Below are positions 49,700 through 62,864 of a stretch of 64,000 bases of DNA, one piece after another. Made by a program: the position numbers and the translations under genes. The stretch is from Takakia lepidozioides (Eukaryota > Plantae > Bryophyta), in contig CM060732.1 in the NCBI GenBank assembly GCA_030704615.1, positions 28,458,001 through 28,522,000 of the forward strand. The letters are read 5' to 3'. Position 1 is the first letter of the stretch. The number at the start of each line of letters is the position of its first letter. The notes beneath the pieces were generated by a model. It was given only the letters and a program-made list of their open reading frames with translations, was not told where the DNA came from and did no database searches.

Positions 49700-52600
49700 A
49701 TAGATCAAGTATGGACCGTCGATCTTGAGCTTGGATTTGCATGCATGCTTGCCATGCTATAATCGAACGCACATGGTCTGTCCCACCTGAAACAAGTTAG
49801 AATACTTGACACGCTTGTTAAAATTACGGGCTTGGGTTAGTTGAGCCTTACCAATGTTCGTCTTGGCATCATGGATAGACACCGCATGGCGAGCATGAAG
49901 ATCTTCAACAAAGGTCTCAAGATCAACCGGATCAGCAACAATAGAGATAAGAGGGGTAGAATGCAAAGGAGAAACACACTTGCGACCATACAACAACTCA
50001 AAAGGAGTCTTCTTGGTGCTAGCATGCACGGCGGTGTGATAAGCAAAGAGAATAGGGGGAAGAAAGGTATCCCACTCCCTGGTAAGTGCGCCATTCTTCT
50101 CCAACATTCGGCAAAGAGTTTGGTTGAAGCGTTCCGTAAGGGCCATTGGTCTGGGGATGGTTTGGAGCGGTGGTGGAATGCTTGATACCGAAGTTGAAAC
50201 AAACCACCGTGAGGAGCTGGTTACAAAACTCCTTGCCCTGATCCGTTAGTATCTCCTGAGGACACCCATGCCGCATAAGGATCTCATTGAAGAAGAACTG
50301 AGCTACATCATCACTAGCCTTGGAACGCAAAGGCCGGACTTCTACCCACTTAGTCAAGTAGTCGGTAGCAACACAAAGGTAGCTTCGACCCTTTGATGTG
50401 AGTGTGAGGGGTCCTACCAAGTCAATGCCAACACGAGCAAAAGCATAGGTGATAGGCAAATACTGCAGCTCATACAAGATCCGGGCCCTCGGGAGAGCAA
50501 TGTTAGCACGACAACCTTCACAGTTAGAGATGAACTCGGTGACGTCTCGGTGAATTCCCAGCCAATAGTATACCTCTTGGATGCGGGCCACAGTTTTCTT
50601 GATACCAAGGTGATCTGCATACAAGGAACAATGGAAACGCTCCAATAAAGCATTCAGCTGGCTCCGTGGTGGCACCTCCAAGTAGCATGACACTCCTCCT
50701 CTAGTGAACTCCTTGAAAAGCTTATCACCCGTAAAACGGTGAGTAGACACATGATAGAGAATTTGTTTACACAAGGACTCGGAAAGGCCAGCTGGCGAAC
50801 GCCCTAATTGGCATCGCTGGAGTAGCGCAGCATGTAGCTGATCATCCATGACTGCACTGCACATAAAAGGTAGACAATGGGTTTTAGAGAAGGTGGTCTG
50901 GAGTGCCTGCCCCTATGATCTCCAGCCAGGGATACCTTCACCTCATTTTTTACTACTCATGGACAGCCAAATCAGGCCTTTGAGGCTCAAGCCAATAGTC
51001 ACACCTGAGTGCAGCAGCCGAATCACAACAAACTCGGGGGCCTAGGAAAGAGAAGGATGGAAACACAACAAAGAACTTCCACCAAACTATCCAAATTCTC
51101 GCGAAGCGATAGATCCACCACACATACCAACACATGAATAAATCAACCAGGTTCATCTAATAGGCTAGACCAGCCCCATGCAGCCAATATGCCATGAGAA
51201 TCGAGGGCCAAAGGTTGCTGATCTACACAAAGAAGGTTGACAAGATCAGGAGGAGGGGCAGCATCAGCAGCAACAAGGTCATCCAAGGTGAGCATAGGTT
51301 TGCCGACAGGAGGATCCACCCGTGTGAGTGCATCAGCATTTGTGTTTTCCTTGCCCTTCTTGTAGACTATATCCATGTCAAATTCCTGCAGGTACATAGC
51401 CCATCTAGCAAGTCTGCCATGAAGTTCCCTTGGCTTAACAAGAGCTTTTAGTGGAAGATGATCGGTCTCTACCACAAACCAGCTGCCATGTAAATATTGC
51501 CTGAAATGCTTGACACCAAAAACCAGGGCTAGACCCTCCTTATCAGATATGGAATAATTCCTTTCATGACAATCTAGACGACGAGATGCATAGGCTATTA
51601 CATGCTCCTTGCCTTCTACAACTTGACATAAGATTGCAGAGATGGCAACATCTGATGCATCAGTCTGAAGCAAGAAAGGTAACTCAAAATTGGGAAACAT
51701 CAGGATGGGAGCTGAACACAAGGCCTTGTGAAGGGTGTCAAAAGCAGCCTGCTGGGCGAAGGTCCATTCAAACGTGCATCTTTGCACAACACCTTGGTTA
51801 GAGGGTGAGCAAGCTTGACAAAGTTCTTTATGAAGCGCCTATAATAAGAAGCCAGACCAATGAAGGATTTGATACAATGCTTATCCCTAGGGATAGGAAA
51901 GCCCCAAATAGACTCAAGCTTGGCAGGATCAGGAAGCAAACCATCTTTGGACAAAACATGACCAAGGAAGTGCAGCTCAGGTACGAATAGCTCACACTTC
52001 TTGGGCTTCCAAACCCAAGATCAAGGGAGGAAAAAATTGTGGCACCATGCAATTGATCCAAGGTTTCATTAATCCTGGGTAGTGGGTAGGCATCCTTTTT
52101 GGTGATGTCATTCAGCTTCCTGAAGTCAACACAAAAACGGATGGTGCCATCTTTCTTACCAACCAGGACAATCGGGCTGACCCAAGGAGAAACTGAAGGC
52201 TTAATCACGCCAACATCAAGCATTTTCTGTACCTCTTCTTGAATTATAGCACGTTCCTTGACACTCTCACGGTAAGCAAACTGTTTAATAGGAGCCCCTT
52301 CAATGACAATGTCATGTCTAGATCAGTGGATCCCAAATTGAAAACATCTAGATTCTTTGCAATAAGCATTTCCACCTTCCTCCTTTGTTCAGAGGAGAGA
52401 GTTGTGCCCAACTTGATTTCAGATAAAATTGTGGTGAGGGCCTTCTTACCTTCTGGGCTGAGATCAGGGACAGGTGGTGGAGCAACTGCAGCAAAGGCGA
52501 CAACCTCGTCAAAGGGGCCATGTTGGATGCCATTGGCCTCAAGTCCAAAGCCAGCGTGCACCTCTTGTATTTCATCAATGGGCAGAGCAGTGATGCAAGC

Positions 52601-52850
52601 CAGAACCTGCCCCTTTTTAATAGTCACAGGGAAGCGCTTAGGATTAGCAATCAGGATCTTGACTTCTTGTCTATATCCTCTATCAAGAACACTAGTGGCC
52701 ACCAGGCAGTGCTTAAGGGCAGTCAATCTCCTCCAACCCTCAACTTCTAGGAAATGAGCAGCTGGACGACAAGAAAGCCAGACCAGACTTGACCACCCTT
52801 TGGGTCAAGGTAGGGATGGTGACGTTGAGAGGTGCACGAATTAGAGTAGA
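49700..52850 (-). pseudogene. Gypsy pol: dUTPase-like domain, RT (YxDD region deleted), RNase H, integrase
   Basis: SPWVSPIVLVGKKDGTIRFCVDFRKLN; LQTDAS...NADALTR; GIDLVGPL, LTDQGKEF, GPY; deletion at ~52010; several frameshifts. Confidence 0.9.
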
Positions 52851-55057
52851 ATTCTTTGGAAGAGCTATGGGCACCCCTGTCCTATCCCTAGCACTAGGAA
52901 CATGCCACTGATATAAGAGTTGAAGATCAGGCTGAAACTTGTAGAAATCATTCCAATTGAGGTTGGAGTAAGAGTTCTACTGTACCTCCTTTACCAGGGC
53001 TTGGACTCTGGACAAATTGGCTGTAGCAGACCCAGCCTTGATCTTCACTGCTTTCAAGGGAACCACTACTTCATGCCCTTCTCCATTGTTAAAGCGAAGG
53101 GAGTAGTCTGCTAGGCTGAGGGTGGCACCAGCTCCGGTCATCCAGTCAAGGCAGGAAGACTGCCCACATGCATACCCGAATTCACAGGCAACAAGTTCCC
53201 TCCCCCGAGAGTAGGACTAGGGAAATTCACAACAGGCAGCACCCTAGGACTCAAGTTAGCAACCTGGGCCGACATACTGCTTGTAGTAGCCCATACATCC
53301 GAACCAGACCCTTCGATCCCTTGGACATGAGGAGGATGGGAGGGCAGAATGTTTAATTCCCTAGCCAGCGTAGGCTCAGTCCGTCTAGCCACCAAGGCCT
53401 CATCACGCCGATCATAGACAGAAAGGCCCTTGAGGGTGGCTATCCCAGACTCCTCATCAACTAATGGAATACCAGTTGGGGACTCTACAACTGCACCCAT
53501 CGTCCCAACATTCAAAAATTCATCATCACTTACCATGAAATTACCTGCCTGCAGGTTGTCCGATCCCTCATTCACCTCTACTATATTTTCGGTCAGCGGC
53601 TCTCCTGAATTATCCATGGACCTCTGTCTTCCGGATCTCAACCAAGTGGTTCTAGAATCACCTAGCATGCAAAAAACGAGGTTGGATTGGAGGCATAACC
53701 TTTAAGCCGCAGGGATGTGGAGCGTGGGCCAAGCACTTGGCGAGCTGTCTTCTGGAACCCAAGTGGAATAATACACCACCCTCAGCACCTTGTGTGATTG
53801 TAACTTGTAGATCCCCAACGCCAGCCACACCAACCATCAGCTCCTTTAAGCCAAAAGCCAACGCGGGTGGTGTCACCCTCTCTCCAGGTGCGCGAAAGCA
53901 CAGTCGAGTTTGAACAGTCACTCAGTCTCTCAAACGCGCTTGGGCGAGCCACTCGCTGTGAAGCAAAGGTAGTGCCCACACCCAAGACCACTTGATCAGA
54001 CGACTGTACTATCAAGGCCCCACTTGTCAGACAACCAACTTCGCCCTACCACACCAGGGCCATGATGAAGCTCTGCACTTCGAACACCAGAAAGAGGTAG
54101 ATACAGGCCAACTTCCAACCAGGTTAATTCACGATGGTTCAGAAAACGCGACTTGATCGTCATGGACGGTAGACGCTCTTCGTTGCGCAGCTCAAATTCG
54201 CGCTTAGCAAGCTGTTTGGCCCTGGATATCACCGCACCAGGCTCAAGCAAAGGTCGCGTGAACAGGGCCTCGTGATGACTGGTTAGTGCAGCAAGATCAC
54301 CTACAACAGCCCTCTCCACACGCTCAAACCAAAGCTGGTCTTCGTCACATATTTCACATAATAGATCATCTACTTCCTGCGACAATTCAATGTCTCTCTC
54401 TAATTCTGCTGCTTGCTGCCTACTTTCAAAATATTCAGGACCTGGATCCACAAAATTGTCAAAGTTATAGTAGTCCGGGTCACAGCTATCTAGAGAGCTG
54501 TCAGACCTCTCAAACCTTGGCGACTAGGCCTCTGCCTCCCCTAAATCATTATAATCACTACCACCAGGAGAACCCAATGAAACAACAAGGGCTGGAACGC
54601 AAGCAGCGGGCTAAGGAAGAGGTGACGCTGGCAAGACAACACTGCCAGGCCGCGCGCCGTTGGTAGTGTTAGTAACAGCAAGAACGTCAGCAGGGTGAGA
54701 AACAACGGGAGGAGCAGCAACAACAACACCAGCAGAATGAGAAATGGCAGCAGGGTCAGCTTCTACACTGGGATCAGCTTCGATAGCAAGTGCCACGCTA
54801 ATATGAAGGAACAGGCTCTCCCCCTCTCTGCGAGCTACACAAGACAAATCACGAACTGTAGCCATCCCCTGCAATCACACCCCAACGCACATCGTGAGAC
54901 GACAAAATCACAGCAGCAGGAGAAAATAGGGCAAAGCGAGGAGCCGCCATCGATAACACGCATTAGCGAACCACTTAGGCAGCAGGACGTAGAGCAAATC
55001 CCGCGAAGGACCTAACTGATCCTGACAGTGCGGCCAGGATCCACCACGCCTAGAGTA

Positions 55058-55074
55058 CCCGGCATCTCCACGCC
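55058..55074 (-). other. Putative primer-binding site (tRNA-Ala-like)
   Basis: Minus strand (GGCG)TGGAGATGCCGGG directly after the 5' LTR, complementary to a tRNA-Ala-type 3' end ...GGCATCTCCA. Confidence 0.55.
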
Positions 55075-55524
55075 TGAGGCATATACTCTTTTCTTCTCAA
55101 GATGCGAAGTTGCACAACAAAGGGGCGAGCGGAAAGAGCAAGCAGCGCGCGAGAGAAGGATCAAACACACGAATCAGACACTACGCAATTCTCATCCAAA
55201 AACTTGTACACCAAAATCACATATACACTCACACCCGAGTACACCGCCCTGACCTTGTGTCAGGGCGCCGTCTTTATACAAAAGCCCTAACCGTAGTGGC
55301 CCGCCACGTGGCGAGGCGTTATAGGCCCAAGCCCACGGTGCTGCCTTGCAGCCCTAGATCTAATGAAGGGCCAGGATCAAGCCACCAGCCTAAACCAACC
55401 CTAACCTAAACATCATTGTAACGGATTTACGGCTTTATACGCCAAAAATAAATACAATGAATGTGTATCGCCATTTTGGATGAAACCGGTTATTTCCAGG
55501 CATAAGCAAGTTTGGGGCTTTACA
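55075..55524 (-). repeat. 5' LTR
   Basis: Matches 48334-48770; contains a small hairpin cgccctgac..gtcagggcg partly deleted in the other LTR. Confidence 0.88.
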
Positions 55525-56115
55525 GCTTTCACAGTAGACTAGGTATCTCTACACAAAAAAGAGGTTGTGCTTTCAGATCTCTAGAGAATCACATACTGCG
55601 AAGTGGGGCATGTTGATTGTGCAATTGAACTGTCTCGAGAATCACACATAAGAGACAGAGATGGCAAGATGTAACACTGATCATGTTTTGAGATCTCTGA
55701 GACACACAAGACAGGAAGATGGCACCATGCAAAACTGATTCTCATTGGGAATCATGCGTTGCAAGAGAGGAAGCAGTATGTGTCCCCCTCACATATAACA
55801 GCATGGCTTCCTCTGCAGTTGTGGGTGGGCAGGATCAAGTCATATGGAGAGAAACAATTTACAAACAAAACAGGTTCGAATCAACCAACATCACTGAGCT
55901 GCAGTTCAAAGGGCCTCCAGCACAGTAGCACGTCAAACACTGTCATTAGGGGGAGAGAGAAAAGAACTGTTTTCTTAGTGACTGTGCAACTAATCAATGT
56001 TGTGGGGTTATCTACAGATTGTCTTCCATTTCCTCCCACATATGTGGATCGTCTTCCCAGGAGTAGATGGGAAGAGGATGTAATGCACCCTTTTGGCTGC
56101 AGACACAGCGTTTGA

Positions 56116-59100
56116 TTATGAGAGTGCGGACTCCTCAACCTCATCGTCCTTCATGTACTTTTCTTGCACTGCTGCGGATGTGCCAAACTGCATCATCAAG
56201 GCAAACACGATAGAACACAAGGTCTTGCAAATGACATCTTTTTATACCTCCAAACTACATACTTTGGTATATGAGGGAATGAATACACAAAAATTGCATC
56301 ACAGCAGTCGACTGGTAAAATTGCATATGCCCATAGGGTATCCTCGACCTAATCTTGGTACTGTGTTTGCATAAGGATGCGGGGCTGACATGTGGAACAG
56401 CCCAAATTCTTGGATATCTATGGGCAGACTTCTCAAGGGCAGATAGCGTCCAAGCTCCATAAGCTACAGGCTATGCTGCTCCAAAGCGAAGGAGCTGAAG
56501 CTGAGACCAAATCTACTCTGCATTGTTCCACTCTTTTAGAAACAATTAGAGCTAAATGACTATCCACCTTGGGCACTAAGTTCAAAGCTTGGACTTGTCT
56601 GTCCACCTCAAGAGAGGACATTAGATTGTACTCATAAGATGTTGTTTGCCGTAGCCTTGTGGCCATTGACCCCGCGCCCAGTTTGAGCGGGAACAAAAGG
56701 GACAGAACCTCCCTCTGTCAGGGGCTGACGTTGGTAGTAAGACTTACCTCCATATAAAGAATTAATCCGGGTTTTCCAGATATCCTCTAGAAATCCCTTC
56801 ACACAAGCATCAATCTGCTGTGTGTGATTAGCCCAAAAACTAGGCCTCAGGAGGGCCTGGGCTTTTGGCTCAGCCTCGAGACTTTCAAAGTTGGTAAACA
56901 GGGGTACAGGCACAATTCCCTTAATAGATTTGAAGAGAGCGTCTCTTTGGTGAGAGAACCCCGGACAGTGTATCAGAAAATGAATACTGTCTTCAGATTG
57001 CCCACACAACGGGCAATTGCACTCTCCCTTTCCTCTCTGCTTTTGTTTGCTGTTCAAAGGTAGGCTTCCTGCCCTGAGTTTAAATTTCAGTCTAGTGCCG
57101 AGAGTGGGTAGACCCCTGAGGTCATGTCCTCCCCCATGTCACAGACTGGAAACAAGTTCAGGGAAGTTTTCTGCCTGACTTCATTTTCATCAGACAATCT
57201 CATGGCAACAGACATGGCTGAGGACACTACAGCCTCTAAGTCAGATTTATCCAGCAGGGTCAAGACTTGCGGATCCAGGTCCAGGTCCTTGAGGATCTCT
57301 TCTACTCTCTTCTGCCAGGACTTAGCATGTTTGACAGGGCGGTCCTGTTTCCAAGATATAGAGTCGATTAACTTAGGATATCTGGTGTTGGGCATATGTT
57401 GCAGCTGACCCCACCATCTGACATTGAATTCATCTCGTCGGGAGCTTAAGGACGGAACGCCAAACTCACCCCGAACAGCCACATTGGCTGTTTTGGAGCA
57501 TGCCGACATACACTCCTTAAGCACCCCCACTTGAATGGATTCTAGAGACTTAGCCTGGTTGGAGTTATCAACCCATATAGCAGATCCGTACTCCAAGGCA
57601 GGTCTAATAACACGACAAAGCATGGTTTTCTTAACCTCAGAGTTGACCCCTCTGCAGTGGAAAAATTTAGTGAGCCCCAGAGCTTTGCCCTTGCCAGTTT
57701 GAACAACTTTCTGGACAATTACAATTGGAGGAGAACTCAACGCCCAGGTAAGTGTAGGAAGGGAGGACCGGGAGAGAGGACATTAGAAAAGAAAAGCCAC
57801 GTGTACAGTCTGAGGGAATGATGGTGAGAATAGCGGTCATTCTGATGCTTTGTAATGGGTAAGATTCCCTCTTTGCAAGCATCAAACAGATTGTCACTAA
57901 ATCTCTTTCACTCAGTTAGAGAAGCTTGAGACAAATTCCTTGGGGCTGAATACCGGGAGCAATACCCCAGTAAATCTGTCAGAACCAACTTCGTGGTCAC
58001 AACGTAAGTCACTACTGCAGTGAATATTCTGCAACCAGACTGGCCCCCCTATGCTCCCCTTCCTGCGCACCTTTCCCACTCCGTCCAAATGGGGAAGTGG
58101 GTCTATCACCGGAACGCTATGGTAAACAAAATCTCATGCATACATCCCACTTTGTCCCACTCTCTTCCTCCCTCTCACGTCTGTCCTGTCTTTGAGCCTC
58201 CCATATACCTTATGTTCCTTTCCATTTTTGATCTCTCTCTCTTTTTCTCTCTCTCTCTCAGACAGTTCTGCTCAAACTCGGCGCGGGGTCAATGGCCACA
58301 AGGGTACGGCAAACAACGTCTTCTGAGTACATTCTCTCTCTCAGACTGGCAGTTTACACTGCCCCACTGTCTGATGGATAGTGCAAATGTGTGCAAAATA
58401 GAGGATTCACAATCACTATAGGCAACCCCCTGCCATTTTAGGTAGAATCTACTGTTTGATGGGTAGACACAAATGGCTGCGGAGGGTTGACACCTGCAAT
58501 GACTATCCACGGGAACGGCATGAGCAGCACTCACACACACCCTCCATACAGAGGGAAAGAGGTTAAGAAATAAAGGATATCTGTAATAATCCCAATTTAA
58601 AGGACCAGCTGCAATCTTGTTAAACTCGTTGATATTTCCCTCAATTCCCGCAAAGACATAGCCATTGCTTTTGTCAATCAGCTTCACAATATTCATCACG
58701 CTTTCTTTGTCCTGATGTCCACCCAACACCCCTCAATATACCAGCACTAAACAACTTGTGAATGGGCTCAATCAGACTGTGGTGCATACAAAGCCTAGGC
58801 TGGGATGAGGTACAAGTGTGCAGGATTTAGATGTCTGCAATAAGAGGGTTGGGGTTTTGAGAACAGACCAGAATGAGTGTTGTCTGTTATTTACGTCTAA
58901 TAAAGCTGGACCTGGCTGAGTAGTCTCTCTTTTTTGGGCTTGTAATGTTTGCAAGACTGGCATTCCTGTTCCGACAGACAGGCAGTCTGAGTTGAGACTC
59001 TTAGCCTACCAGGGGTGCGGCCCACTCTACCAGAGAGTAGGATCACAATCTAAGTCTCTATTAACTCCAAGCAATACCTCACTTTTAGTTAATGACAACC

Positions 59101-62100
59101 ACATGGTGAATTTAAATGCTCATTGTCGAAAGGGACAGGGAGAGGCGAGGAACAAGTTTTGCATCTGACCAAATCATTGAAGCAACAGAACACAAACCCT
59201 GAATCAGATTCATACCTGAATATTTAATGTTGTGAAGTTGACAAGACCGTAGTCTTCTATGACCTCGCACAAATTCTTGGTCAACTTTCTGCCACAACCA
59301 CCCCTCCAAGAGATACAGGTGAATTCTGGTGTTACACTTAACAATCCGAATAAAAAATATCACGTAGTCTCCTAAAGGGCATAAAAGTTTCTGAAAACGG
59401 TTATAGAATTTGGACCATGACAGGAGGATGCAGAAAGCTACCTATATCTGGCAGAGCGTGGATCTTGATCCAAAAAGTCCTGTAGATACGAGAGGTCTTG
59501 TACATCTGTGTAGAAGTCCAGGTTGAAAGCTTGAACGCGCAGAGAGACACCACCCAACAGTTCAGATAATGCAGCAAATCAAGTTGATTAACAATCGATG
59601 ATCTACAAACACCACTTACTAAGTACATAAAAACAATCTCAATTTCATGAGATACCTATTCAATTCACTATTTCCCCACACTGACTCTCAAAACAGGGAA
59701 CAATTTTTGGAGTATATCCTGAAGGCCAGCAGCCTCCAGCTTCTAATCACACTTGTCCCAGGCACTCACATCATAGCTTCTGTTTACACTGGCATATTTT
59801 CCGCCTATTGTAGAAGTGGAGATTTTGACTTCCTCTCCAAAAATCACAAATGAGACAGATGATCAGGTGTCTTCTTAGGTGGTCAATGGTCCAGCTTGCA
59901 AAACTGCAGACAAGCACTATATAAAATAACAAGTAAGCTGCTACAATGTTGTAACCCTCCTCAAGTCAAACTTGGGTGAATACCGTATTGGACTTAGATA
60001 TGTACAGAGCTGTCTGAAGGAAATCTAGACAGCATGCTTCACAGTCAGTGGGCCTGATTACTGGAGCAAGCCTCCACCGTTGGTACTGGCCACCCCCCAC
60101 ACCCCCCCCCCCACACCACACCACTCTGCTCCCATGTCCCCTGATCCCCCTTTCTGTGGAAACTGGGTGAGTGGCTATGGCCACAGCACACTGCAAGTGA
60201 AGTCCAATGATTTCAACAATCAAATCAGAGGCTACCTTGACATGGTCACCACAACAGCATTTAGAGAGCCAACACAAACTCAATCGGGGGCTTCTGGTCA
60301 CAAAACCAGTAATCTCTCTGTTTGCAGACCCCAAACTGATGCAATGAGTTGAGAGCTTACCAAGCTTGCCGTAGCTTTGAATGAGGTCAATCTTGGAAAG
60401 AACATTTATGTGGGGGAGCTCTAAGTGAAGCATGGCCGACAATGACATCAGCAGCGCTGACACATACTTGCCAGGATCGCTGCACAAATGTGCGTCAACC
60501 AGATGCACTGCTGTAAGCTGCAGAGTCCAAATCTCCCTTAGTAAGATCTTTACATTAACATCAACTGAGGACAAAAGTCAAAATTTTCACATGGGTCCCT
60601 GCCATGTGTGTCTCTACTGTTGTGATACTGCAGGCTGCCAATGAGCTTGATTGACTAGACTATGCTTGCCCAGGCCTGTGTCCATACATTGGGTTTAAGA
60701 CAGGCAGGAAAGAATCAAACACCCGCATTTCTGAGCTCAGATCTGAAAGGTGGAAGATACAGAGGAATGTACCTGGTATTCCCATTTATTAGCCATTTCA
60801 AGAATAACGTTTTTTGCATTTGAGTGTAGCGTGAAGAGTTCCACCTGCCCAGGAAAGTCAAACAGCAAATAGTGATCTGGCCCAAACAGCCACACTGCAT
60901 ACATGATTAGTCACTTGTCTAGGACACGAAAGGCTCTCCACATGGTTACGGCGCTCTGCTGATATAGATTCTTGATATGTGTAGGTTGACAAACCCATAA
61001 AAGAGAGTGAAAGAGTAGTCAAGCATGTGTACTCCCAGTAATAATTGAAGTTTGTAAGCATTGAAGGTTTTAAGGTCTGTTTATAATGATCGGCACAGGA
61101 CATTAGATTTTCCATTCACAACCACCGAACCATACCAAAACTCTGGACCGGAGCATCCTGACTGAATGATCTGACATGCACAGAATTCTGTTCACATCGT
61201 CTATGAGTTATAGCTGCACATAACCATGTTTGCCATACATCTAATTATCTAATTTTTATCTAATACATCTAATTTTTCTTCCTCCCATGAAGACCTTTGA
61301 CCGTACAAACTATACTGTCTACAGCATCATGCAACCATTGCATGGTAGTATCGGTAGGTATACAAGTAGTTGTGCATACGAAACTGTAATTGTCTGTATC
61401 CACACACCTTTGACAAGGGGTTGAAGCTGGGCCTGCAGCCAATCAATGTTCTTTTCCAGATAGTCCATGCAAAACACTAGCCCTGTATGCACAGAGCCAC
61501 CTGCCAGTTTTAAGTCCCTGACCAAACAAGCTCAGTGTTGGATGTGTCAAGTTGCACATATTTCTTGCCAGTCCTAAACTAATGAGTTTTTTGTACCCCA
61601 ACTATTAATTCAAAACACTCTTCTGTGCAGTTACCCGTGTCCCACTCCGATCCAATAGATTTGGGAGATGAGAAGAGAATTTACTGCTACAGTTGCTTGA
61701 AGTAAAAAAGTCAAATTGTTGGCTGGGCTGACTTCTCCAGGCTCCAAAGGTCCAGTCAAAGCTCTAACAACTGTTCTTAACAGAGGCAACATAGCCAAAA
61801 CTGACACTGAACGCTGTCAATTGCCTGGTTGAGTGAAGACCCAAAAGTTGAAAAATGAAGCAGCAGTCCAGAGGGAGGGGTCATTCAGAGAGAGAGAGAA
61901 ATACCTCCATTAGGACCAAGCCCATGCTCAGCCATTACATCGTCCAGCTTGATAAGCTCTTCAATGTTGACTGCACACTCATACCTACATACCAGGTTAA
62001 GGGTTCCTTGGTAGAGTTCCCGTCCTCACTTCCTATTTGTATCACAAAACTCAAATACGACTCTATTTCCTTTCTTGGACAGAACACAATGTCCTCAGCA

Positions 62101-62562
62101 GCCCCTGCCTGCATGCAAGCCCCAGCTGGTCATTGCAGCACTTCCCAGAGAGGAGAGAAAGAGAGAATATACTCATAAGACGTTGTTTGCCGTAGCCTTG
62201 TGGCCATTGACCCCGCGCCCAGTTTGAGCGGAACACAAGGAGAGAAAGAGAGAGAGGATACGGAAGATGGTCATTGGCTGGGTCCAAATTCACAATCGCG
62301 GTCTTCCTGCCAGACAAAATTCCCATGCACAATCAGTCCATTCCAGGTCTTGGCCCTCCACCCTCTGCACGATCTAATGAAGCTGTTACAAAATACTCAC
62401 TTATGGTATGTTGAAGGTACACAATAAGGCCAACTTCCAGAGGAGCATACAAGAGGCCAAGGATACAGACCTGCCAATTAGCTGGAGGAACTGTGACATC
62501 CCATTGCAGTAGGTGGTTTTCCCAGAGCCCGGGGGACCAATAACCACCTGCCCGAACACCAT
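56116..62562 (-). CDS. GPN2: GPN-loop GTPase 2 (QUATRE-QUART1-like), 10 exons, 302 aa: 62562-62471, 62306-62262, 61984-61905, 61482-61408, 60876-60773, 60517-60361, 59529-59442, 59288-59216, 58711-58581, 56179-56116
   Basis: [52 protein letters not shown]-terminal [14 protein letters not shown]; exons sum to 909 nt in one open frame. Confidence 0.95.
56626..57772 (-). mobile_element. 5'-truncated non-LTR retrotransposon (RTE-X-like) with 15-bp TSD
   Basis: TSD agagaggacattaga at 56611-56625 and 57773-57787; [40 protein letters not shown]. Confidence 0.9.
58264..58332 (+). mobile_element. ~70-bp 3'-end copy of the same LINE, 14-bp TSD
   Basis: Matches the LINE tail (gctcaaact.ggcgcggggtcaatggccacaagg...gagtac); TSD tctctctctcagac at 58250-58263 and 58333-58346. 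Confidence 0.88.
61985..62261 (-). other. U12-type GT-AG intron (GPN2 intron 2)
   Basis: 5' site GTATCCTC, branch site CCCTTAAC 11 nt before the 3' end. Confidence 0.82.
62167..62237 (-). mobile_element. ~70-bp 3'-end copy of the same LINE, 16-bp TSD
   Basis: Matches 56626-56700; TSD aggagagaaagagaga at 62151-62166 and 62238-62253. Confidence 0.9.
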
Positions 62563-62864
62563 TGCCTCTTCTCTTATCCACAATTCTCCTTCCCTCCTAG
62601 ACCTCAGTTCTTCACAGAGAGGGCTGATGCTTACTCTCGGACTCAGTGCAGTACTTTGGTCTTCCCAGTCTTTAGAAGAAATTTACCAGTAGAATCTACC
62701 TCAAGCTAAACCGACTGCGATGCATCGCTATGTGACCTGCAACCAGCACGCAGATGCAACCTCTTTCCATCAGCGGTGGAAAAATGTCCTCTCAGGACAA
62801 GGTTACCGATTATGATACAGTTTCAGAGCTGAAAGTCAGCTCAGATTTAGTCAACCATTGGAAC

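Larger units (their letters stand above)
48334..55524 (-). mobile_element. Degenerate Ty3/Gypsy LTR retrotransposon (second family) with two LTRs
   Basis: Direct repeats 48334-48770 and 55075-55524 (tgaggc...tttaca), visibly diverged; RT, RNase H and integrase on minus strand; no matching TSD; gag and protease not recognisable. Confidence 0.88.
56180..58580 (-). other. U12-type AT-AC intron (GPN2 intron 9)
   Basis: 5' site ATATCCTTT, branch-like CCTTGAT close to the terminal AC; splicing here restores the conserved C-terminus. Confidence 0.9.

Noticed and set aside
48313-55535. DIRS-like split or inverted repeats
   Set aside because: The element has a DDE integrase and ordinary direct LTRs; no tyrosine recombinase.
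56626-56700. Self-cleaving ribozyme in the LINE tail
   Set aside because: No hammerhead core (CUGAUGA/GAAA) and I could not build an HDV or twister fold by eye; located at the 3' end.
59966-60574. 202-aa ORF as a separate gene (also 58289-58729)
   Set aside because: GPN2 exons with read-through into introns.
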